A DNA stretch of 64,000 bases from the IMG/VR virus record IMGVR_UViG_3300009159_005447, positions 6,447 to 70,446 of that record; one strand, given 5' to 3'. The DNA comes from a virus. Shown in pieces: positions 58,289 to 64,000 of this stretch (its first letter is position 1; every line of letters starts with the position of its first letter). Below the pieces are notes generated by a model. It searched no databases and had not been told where the DNA came from. It was given only the letters and a program-made list of their open reading frames with translations. The translations under genes were made by a program, and so were the position numbers.

Positions 58289-59086
58289 TTATTGGACCGC
58301 CCACTGTTGCATCATTGGAAACACATCTGTGGTCCAGAACTTTGGACTGTTGTGTACAACGTGATGAGAATCTTGGTAGAAATTATTTTTGTATTTTAAA
58401 AACTTTAAACCAGACTGGGTAGCAGTATCTTCAAGCCATTCGTAATTTGGGTCTCCAAACCTGTCAGAGCCAAAAAATGTATCGCCAAGTACATACACCC
58501 AGGCCTGGCGAGTAAACTTAGTAGATTTTTCAAAATAATATCTAGTAAACTTTGTTCTCTGCTCGCACTTGGCGCTCCAGACTCCCACTAGATTAATTAC
58601 ACCGTGAACATCTTGTGGGTACTGCGATGAGTATACTGCACTTAAGAATCCACCACGACTATGCCCCATTAAAAAAACTTTGTTAACCTTGTACGATACC
58701 TTGGCCTGTCTAATAACTTCTTTAAGTTGGTCTTCGGCTTCAAGATATTGTTCTTCTAAGTTGCGTATGCCACAGCCTTGTTTTTCTTCTGTGTAGGCGC
58801 CTTCACTACCGCCCCGACCTTTACGCATATAGGTTAAAAAGATGTAACCTGCATCAGTCATTTGTCTTGCAATGTCAACAAATTTTAGCACATCACGAGG
58901 ATACGGGCCGGCACTGCCGTGATTCATAATAACAACTTGTCCGTTCCATTTTGCAGGACGGTACTCAAATGCCTGTAGGTTGTACGTGGAGTCTGCATCT
59001 TTGTACTTAATAACCATTTCGGTTTGGGCCTGGCTTTGTGCAGTTAAAAAAAGTAATACTAAAGTACTAATAATTTTAGTTAACAT
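58289..59086 (-). CDS. secreted alpha/beta hydrolase
   Basis: Signal peptide; NHGS, RKGRGGS, GHSRGG nucleophile elbow. Confidence 0.8.
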   Translation of the reverse strand: MLTKIISTLVLLFLTAQSQAQTEMVIKYKDADSTYNLQAFEYRPAKWNGQVVIMNHGSAGPYPRDVLKFVDIARQMTDAGYIFLTYMRKGRGGSEGAYTEEKQGCGIRNLEEQYLEAEDQLKEVIRQAKVSYKVNKVFLMGHSRGGFLSAVYSSQYPQDVHGVINLVGVWSAKCEQRTKFTRYYFEKSTKFTRQAWVYVLGDTFFGSDRFGDPNYEWLEDTATQSGLKFLKYKNNFYQDSHHVVHNSPKFWTTDVFPMMQQWAVQ

Positions 59087-59145
59087 TTCTTACCTAAAAG
59101 TTGTTGGTAGAACGTATTATACACTATTTTACACGGTTTGTCAAT

Positions 59146-59221
59146 TGGTGCTCCTAGATGGAGTCAAACCATCGTCTCCTCCATACCAAAGAGGTGTTTT
59201 ACCGTTGCAAACTATGGGAGC
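59146..59221 (-). tRNA. tRNA-Thr(GGT)
   Basis: Loop TT-GGT-AT; atypical T-loop TTTGACT; 5' end overlaps the halogenase stop. Confidence 0.75.
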
Positions 59222-60396
59222 TTATTAGCCATTAAACGATCAATAACAGGATACAATTCCATACCTTCTAAGTTTTGATAGAACGAATGTTCGGACCAAG
59301 AACCGTAGGGATTGTGTTTTAAAAGACTTTCTATTTCCAGGTGCTGTCTAGTACCTAGTGTACGAGATCTTTCAATGAAATTTCGTAACGCTGGCGTTCT
59401 GTACAACTCTCGTTGAAAACATCTCTCTGCACGTTCTTGTGCAAAGTCCCAGAATTTATTTTTGTACACAGAGCCGCCTAGATAATGCAACATAATCATA
59501 CCTTCAATTTCTTGAATAGTATTTAGGTATCCTGCGTTGGCCTGCTCTGGGCTGACAGTGCCGACTATTACATCAAAGGCTATACGATGTACAATGTCTG
59601 CAAAGTCCAATGACGTTGCTTCCAATGGTTCTAGAAAGAACGATGAATTGCCATTGTGTGCAACACGGTCTGTAAAATTCTGTCGTCTAAAATAATTATC
59701 AAATTCAATATAGTTGGTCGTATCGCTGGCGGTTAATCCAAACTCTTCAAATACTTCCTTTACATCTTCTTTGATTTCGTCTAGGCTGTTGATGTCTCTG
59801 TTAAACAGATACCCTATAGAGCATCTATTCTTTAAAGGAATACCAAATATCCATCCATAGGGTCTGGCCACACTCAGCGTATGATTGAACTTTGGACCAT
59901 CCCAGAAGCACTGTGTAACATAACAACTGTTAACTGGAATAAACTCCGACCTATGAAAGTCATCAAATTGCCTAGGTGATCCTGTGCAATTTAGCACATA
60001 GTCTGCGTCAACTTGATCGGGCGTTACTGCACGTTCAATGACATTGATCCTTGGATCATTTTTAAACTTGTCAAATATAAAGTCTTGCAATTTAACTGCA
60101 TTGATATGGTAGCCAATGCTGGGCGGTAAGAATGCGTGTAAAAATGTTTTACCTGTGTTCCAACCTTTTTTGTATATGCCCAACTTTGCGGTGCCATCGA
60201 TCCTATCTAAGTCGGTATAGATAAAACCAGTGTTGGCATACAATGCTGTACTAACTCTGATTGTGCCGCCTTCACCGACTGCCACAGGCTTGGTGTTAGG
60301 ATCGTGGTACCAATCAATTTCAAAATTACTCCAGCGCCAAAAATGTGCTAGAGTCAATGCACCTGCGGTGCCTCTTCCAATGATTGCTAATTTCAT
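59212..60396 (-). CDS. tryptophan-halogenase-like flavoprotein (start MKLAII)
   Basis: IIGRGTAG, VGEG, GTAKLG, GWIFGIPL, FLEPLEATS. Confidence 0.8.
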   Translation of the reverse strand: MKLAIIGRGTAGALTLAHFWRWSNFEIDWYHDPNTKPVAVGEGGTIRVSTALYANTGFIYTDLDRIDGTAKLGIYKKGWNTGKTFLHAFLPPSIGYHINAVKLQDFIFDKFKNDPRINVIERAVTPDQVDADYVLNCTGSPRQFDDFHRSEFIPVNSCYVTQCFWDGPKFNHTLSVARPYGWIFGIPLKNRCSIGYLFNRDINSLDEIKEDVKEVFEEFGLTASDTTNYIEFDNYFRRQNFTDRVAHNGNSSFFLEPLEATSLDFADIVHRIAFDVIVGTVSPEQANAGYLNTIQEIEGMIMLHYLGGSVYKNKFWDFAQERAERCFQRELYRTPALRNFIERSRTLGTRQHLEIESLLKHNPYGSWSEHSFYQNLEGMELYPVIDRLMANKLP

Positions 60397-60408
60397 ATTG
60401 TATTTAAG

Positions 60409-60483
60409 TGGTGGTAATGGAGAGAGTCGAACTTTCACCGGGCACCGTATGAAGGTGTTGCACTACCGTTATGCTACATTACC
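60409..60483 (-). tRNA. tRNA-Met or Ile2 (CAT), elongator type
   Basis: Loop TT-CAT-AC; paired G1-C72. Confidence 0.8.
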
Positions 60484-60560
60484 ATATGGAAACACACTAG
60501 CCTGCAGGACTACTAATAGCTCACGGGTACGCCGCTACTATTAGGTAATGTGTTTTCATA

Positions 60561-60634
60561 TGGTAGGGGTGCTCGGGAACGATCCGAGTTTTACTGGTTA
60601 AAAGCCAGTTACTTCACCTTAAAGTTTCACCCCC
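60561..60634 (-). tRNA. tRNA-Lys(TTT)
   Basis: CT-TTT-AA; atypical T-loop ATCGTTC. Confidence 0.75.
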
Positions 60635-60637
60635 ATA

Positions 60638-60712
60638 TGGTCCCTCCGGTGAGATTTGAACTCACACTTCTCGGATTAAGAGTCCGGTATGCTACCGTAA
60701 CATCTCGAAGGG
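60638..60712 (-). tRNA. tRNA-Lys(CTT)
   Basis: CT-CTT-AA, CCA. Confidence 0.8.
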
Positions 60713-60817
60713 ATGGATCGTAAATGTTTGTCTTTTACGTGCCATCCAGGACCATACGGGGTCTAGGATGACACTAGAGTTTACCTCGTTTCATATCATA
60801 TCCTTGTTTAAAAATGT

Positions 60818-60846
60818 ATTATAGCATCCTTTTAGTTGATTGTCAA
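60818..60846 (-). promoter_or_regulatory. consensus sigma70 promoter with extended -10
   Basis: TTGACA-17-TATAAT with TG at the extended -10 position. Confidence 0.8.
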
Positions 60847-60877
60847 CTAAAGACCCTGATGCTGGTAGGGTCAAATT

Positions 60878-60952
60878 TGGCCGGCTCTGAGAGGATCGAA
60901 CTCCCACCCTCTGTTTCGAAGACAGAGATGATATCCATTTCACCAAGAGCCG
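60878..60952 (-). tRNA. tRNA-Arg(TCG)
   Basis: CT-TCG-AA, CCA. Confidence 0.85.
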
Positions 60953-60956
60953 AATT

Positions 60957-61556
60957 TCAGCGCCAAGAGAAGTTAAGTACACTACGAACTTTTTTCGTAG
61001 GTAAAGTACTGCTGTGGTACTGGCTTCCGGGAAACATTACAGCTGATCCTCTGACAGGGTTAACACGTTGTATTTCTGTAAAAGATTTGTATTTTTCTTT
61101 TACTTGGTCCGGAGGAACATTGTAAAATGTTTCATTAAAAATAACTGTGTCGCCATCACAATTGTCAGTGACATAGTATACACCAGTATGGTATGGTACA
61201 GGATCTTCTAAGTCAGTGTGAATCAAATTGTGTTTGCGGCTGGTAATAATTGGAAACTGACAAATAGCCCGCACCTGAAGAAATTCTGTAAATGGCGTGC
61301 CGCTTAATTGGATTAGTTCATATAGCAAAGGTTTGACAAAATCAAAATGTGGGCTAACGTTGCTACCCCAGGCCTTATACTGGAACATATGAAACATCAC
61401 ACTAGATGTTTCTACACGTTCATCTTCGTGCGTGGTTTCATAGGTAAAATGCCAAGGCATAGTGTTTTCACCAACAAATCTATGCTCTAATTCTGCTTGA
61501 TATTGTTTAGATATTACATTGTGAACCACTAAGGGTTTATCTAGAACCTGACTCAT
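60957..61556 (-). CDS. 2OG-Fe(II) oxygenase
   Basis: IHTD (HxD), YY...DGDT, YHSS, RSVLNF. Confidence 0.8.
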   Translation of the reverse strand: MSQVLDKPLVVHNVISKQYQAELEHRFVGENTMPWHFTYETTHEDERVETSSVMFHMFQYKAWGSNVSPHFDFVKPLLYELIQLSGTPFTEFLQVRAICQFPIITSRKHNLIHTDLEDPVPYHTGVYYVTDNCDGDTVIFNETFYNVPPDQVKEKYKSFTEIQRVNPVRGSAVMFPGSQYHSSTLPTKKVRSVLNFSWR

Positions 61557-61573
61557 TGAATATTACCTTAAAT

Positions 61574-61649
61574 TGGCTCCCCGACCTGGGCTCGAACCAG
61601 GGACCTGCGGATTAACAGTCCGTCGCTCTACCGGCTGAGCTATCAGGGA
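61574..61649 (-). tRNA. tRNA-Asn(GTT)
   Basis: CT-GTT-AA, G73, CCA. Confidence 0.92.
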
Positions 61650-61699
61650 ACATTAACAAGTATATATGCCAACAGTGGGTGCTGGCAATTAAATAAGCA

Positions 61700-61912
61700 A
61701 TGAGCCTAAAGAACAACATTCAGCTCATCCAAGAAATTCTCAACAAATTACCCAAGGATGGCAGAGATACACCTAAGCAAACAATCTATGAGCTGGGATA
61801 TCTCATTGGTATGTTAGCCAGGCTGGCTAACGAAGATCATTTTGTATTTGGCTCACTTAAAAGAGAACACGAGAAGCTTGAAGAAAAAAACAAAAAAGAT
61901 GGCGCACCGTAG
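61700..61912 (+). CDS. hypothetical protein antisense to the tRNA cluster
   Basis: TAAATA at about 61690; 70 aa helical; stop overlaps the 3' end of tRNA-Asp. Confidence 0.5.
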   Translation: MSLKNNIQLIQEILNKLPKDGRDTPKQTIYELGYLIGMLARLANEDHFVFGSLKREHEKLEEKNKKDGAP

Positions 61913-61976
61913 GGGACTCGAACCCCTGGCCTCTTGCGTGACAGGCAAGCGATCTAACCAACTGAGCTAACGGTGC
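61900..61976 (-). tRNA. tRNA-Asp(GTC)
   Basis: CT-GTC-AC, G73, CCA. Confidence 0.92.
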
Positions 61977-61981
61977 CAAAC

Positions 61982-62058
61982 TGGAGCACAGGGTGGGACT
62001 CAAACCCACGGCTTTACGGATTTGCAATCCGGTACATTGGTCGCTCTGTCACCTGTGC
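61982..62058 (-). tRNA. tRNA-Cys(GCA)
   Basis: TT-GCA-AA, U73, CCA. Confidence 0.85.
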
Positions 62059-62066
62059 ATAATACT

Positions 62067-62156
62067 TGGCGGAACGACTGAGACTCGAACTCAGAAAGCG
62101 GCTTTCACCACTCGACGGATTAGCAATCCGCTCCAATACCATTATGGGACCGTTCC
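62067..62156 (-). tRNA. tRNA-Ser(GCT)
   Basis: Long variable arm, TT-GCT-AA, G73. Confidence 0.88.
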
Positions 62157-62372
62157 AAAATTAGTGTCTAGCTACTTGTCACCACAACAAGCCCTAGACT
62201 GAGCAGTTACTCTGTCCATAACATTTATTCTTCTGGGAAGGTTGTTAGTCCTCACCCTAGGCAGTTTCCAGTATCCCTTAAATAGGGGCTGTGAGGTCAG
62301 GTCCTAGTGTACCCCCTGTTCTATCGTTTCAGGGACGCTCTTATTATAACGTAAAAGAGTAAACCGGGTTTT
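62157..62372 (-). ncRNA. candidate structured ncRNA A (paralogue of B)
   Basis: No credible ORF; multiple stems; 3' ~75 nt similar to 62459..62534. Confidence 0.55.
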
Positions 62373-62458
62373 TGGTGGAGACGGATGGATTCGAACCACC
62401 GCGCTTTTTAGGGGCGAGATTTACAGTCTCGTGCAATCAACCACTCTGCCACATCTCC
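62373..62458 (-). tRNA. tRNA-Tyr(GTA)
   Basis: Long variable arm, CT-GTA-AA. Confidence 0.9.
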
Positions 62459-62729
62459 AAAATTAGTGTCAAGCTACCTGGTTCCCACCATTAGCCCTTG
62501 ACGCGAGCTGTTACTCTGACCATTCCGTTTATTCTCAAGTCTGTGTGCAGTTGGAATTCTGCCTATCAGAGTCTGAGTATTTCTCTCGCTAACGGTTTTC
62601 TGCCACCGGATCTCTCTCGTTAATCAAACGCCACTGTAACAGAAGTGGTACCGGGATAGGGTTGGGCCAAGATTGCAGGACCTAGTGTCTCATTGCTGAG
62701 AGAAGTATCCAGGCGGTATGGCCCAAATT
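62459..62729 (-). ncRNA. candidate structured ncRNA B (paralogue of A)
   Basis: Shares the 3' domain and ACACTAGGWCCTG with element A, with a compensatory change. Confidence 0.55.
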
Positions 62730-62804
62730 TGGAAGAGCTACGGGGAATCGAACCCCGCTTTACGGGATGAAAACCCGCTGTCCTAACCGATAGACGATAG
62801 CTCC
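62730..62804 (-). tRNA. tRNA-Glu(TTC)
   Basis: TT-TTC-AT, CCA. Confidence 0.88.
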
Positions 62805-62811
62805 ATTTAAA

Positions 62812-63035
62812 CTAACACATTGAAGCATATAAGGGAACCATTGCGGATCTTATTCTACACGACTTGCGAGGTCGGGTCACCGCGGTCATTACGTTGCAGA
62901 TTGCTCCATCGTCCTCCTGATACGATCTCAAGGTTTCGTGTAGCCCAGAGTGGTGTACGGCGCCCCGTATCTTTGTTGAACCCTCTAGTACCACCTAATG
63001 GATCTGCCAACCCATAATACACTTCAATGTGTTAG
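62812..63035 (-). ncRNA. candidate structured ncRNA D
   Basis: 14-bp perfect closing stem; sigma70 promoter at 63083-63111. Confidence 0.5.
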
Positions 63036-63145
63036 CTTATTAAATTTTTTAAAGAACATAGTTAATTGCTTAACTAGTCTCTATTATATACGAAAACCAA
63101 TACCCTGTCAACCTCAACGGGTATTGTGTACTTTTGTTTGCTGTT

Positions 63146-63220
63146 TGGTCCCGCCACCAAGAATCGAACTTGGACCTAGGCGTTAGGAGTGCCTTGTTCT
63201 GTCCATTGAACTACAGCGAG
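63146..63220 (-). tRNA. tRNA-Arg(CCT)
   Basis: CT-CCT-AA, CCA. Confidence 0.88.
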
Positions 63221-63222
63221 CT

Positions 63223-63299
63223 TGGTACCCCGTGTCTGATTCGAACAGACAGCCAACAGATTTTGAATCTATCCGCACTACCGATTAGCGTAACGGGGC
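63223..63299 (-). tRNA. tRNA with CAA anticodon (Leu) but short variable loop
   Basis: ATAGA-TTCAAAA-TCTGT; 5-nt variable region; A73. Confidence 0.75.
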
Positions 63300-63304
63300 A
63301 TATA

Positions 63305-63455
63305 GGTTTTTGAGAGACCAACTATCTTTCTCAAGGACTCACTGGCTTGTCTCGATTGAAGGAGTTTAACTACCTTGTGTTGCTACTGGTGTGTCAGTCT
63401 CAAGAATAGGGACCTAGCGCACAAGGGACTCAACTTTATCGTCTATCTCAAAATT
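63305..63455 (-). ncRNA. candidate structured ncRNA C
   Basis: Closing stem TTTTGAGA/TCTCAAAA; inner CCTTGTG/CACAAGG. Confidence 0.5.
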
Positions 63456-63531
63456 TGGTGCCGCCTCCAGGGATCGAACCTGGTTCCTCGGTGCTTCAAA
63501 CCGGTGCTATGACCACATCAGCTAAAGCGGC
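63456..63531 (-). tRNA. tRNA-Phe(GAA)
   Basis: TT-GAA-GC, CCA. Confidence 0.85.
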
Positions 63532-63535
63532 AAAT

Positions 63536-63609
63536 TGGCACCCGGAGTAGGAATCGAACCTACAATAGCAGAGTCAAAGTCTGTTGTGTTACCACTACAC
63601 TATCCGGGA
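63536..63609 (-). tRNA. tRNA-Gln(TTG)
   Basis: CT-TTG-AC, G73, CCA. Confidence 0.88.
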
Positions 63610-63619
63610 ATAAATTGAA

Positions 63620-63835
63620 TTTGTAAGTAGTTGCGTCCCTCATATCGCAACCATTTTCCCTTGTAATTAAGCCGGCAGGGTCAAGATACGTCACTTGGAA
63701 TACTTAACCAGTACAGTCTCCTTTACAGACCTCCGCGGTTCCCCGCGGGTGGGAGTTGAACCCATTAACCTTCTACTATATCAGTCCTTCGAAGAAACCT
63801 CTATAGCGTGTTGTTCTCTTGCTGACACTTACAAA
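63620..63835 (-). ncRNA. candidate structured ncRNA E with an embedded T-arm
   Basis: Closing stem TTTGTAAGT/ACTTACAAA; internal TGGG-TTCAACT-CCCA. Confidence 0.5.
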
Positions 63836-63838
63836 ACT

Positions 63839-63913
63839 TGGTGCCCCAGGAAGGAATCGAACCTCCACACCCTGATTACAAAACAGGACCTCTACCACTA
63901 AGGATACAAGGGC
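63839..63913 (-). tRNA. tRNA-Thr(TGT)
   Basis: TT-TGT-AA, CCA. Confidence 0.9.
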
Positions 63914-63918
63914 AAAAC

Positions 63919-63994
63919 TGGTCTCCCTACTAGGATTCGAACCTAGACCACACGGCCCCAAACCGTGTACGCAACCAGATAACGCTTTAGAGAG
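63919..63994 (-). tRNA. tRNA-Pro(TGG), second divergent copy
   Basis: CACGG-TTTGGGG-CCGTG; A instead of U at position 8. Confidence 0.8.
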
Positions 63995-64000
63995 ATAAAC

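Noticed and set aside
63223-63299. Reading the tRNA as a TCA (opal/Sec) suppressor
   Set aside because: Only the register ATAGA/TCTGT gives a 5-bp stem with a 7-nt loop, placing CAA at 34-36; there are no Sec-tRNA features
62157-63835. Naming the spacer RNAs as GOLLD, ROOL, RNase P or introns
   Set aside because: Each is far shorter than GOLLD or ROOL and is separated by intact tRNAs; no RNase P or group I/II core motifs recognised; left unnamed pending an Rfam search
61993-63961. Short ORFs in the tRNA cluster (61993, 62812, 62820, 62998, 63695, 63776)
   Set aside because: They overlap tRNAs or structured spacers, lack SDs and have no protein-like features

Overview
This 64 kb window is best read as part of a very large T4-like ('huge'/jumbo) tailed-phage genome, not a bacterial chromosome. 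Genes are dense and almost all on the minus strand. There are two promoter classes (near-consensus sigma70 TTGACA-17-TATAAT and T4-late-like TAAATA), many short unknown ORFs and a collagen-like fibre gene. A cluster of 24 tRNAs runs from 54.3 to 64 kb, and there are no rRNA or ribosomal-protein operons. Host-like genes resemble betaproteobacterial ones by eye: dnaK, groEL/ES, clpX/P/S, hsp20, ahpC/D, erpA, sod, infA, rpoZ. Highlights: (1) a two-piece permuted tmRNA (tag ANDSQFALAA) whose 112-nt intervening segment holds an SD-led 32-codon hydrophobic ORF; (2) a csgF-csgG-curlin-FecR-curlin-CHASE2 cassette with a pseudoknotted intergenic RNA; (3) ROSE-like thermometer leaders on hsp20 and dnaK; (4) several large structured non-coding elements between tRNAs, two of them covarying paralogues; (5) an array of small paralogous 'FxL(K/R)W' proteins; (6) late-promoter hairpins that sequester ribosome-binding sites; (7) enzymes with capsid-targeting-like N-termini. 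All calls come from motif recognition by eye; no database searches or folding programs were run.
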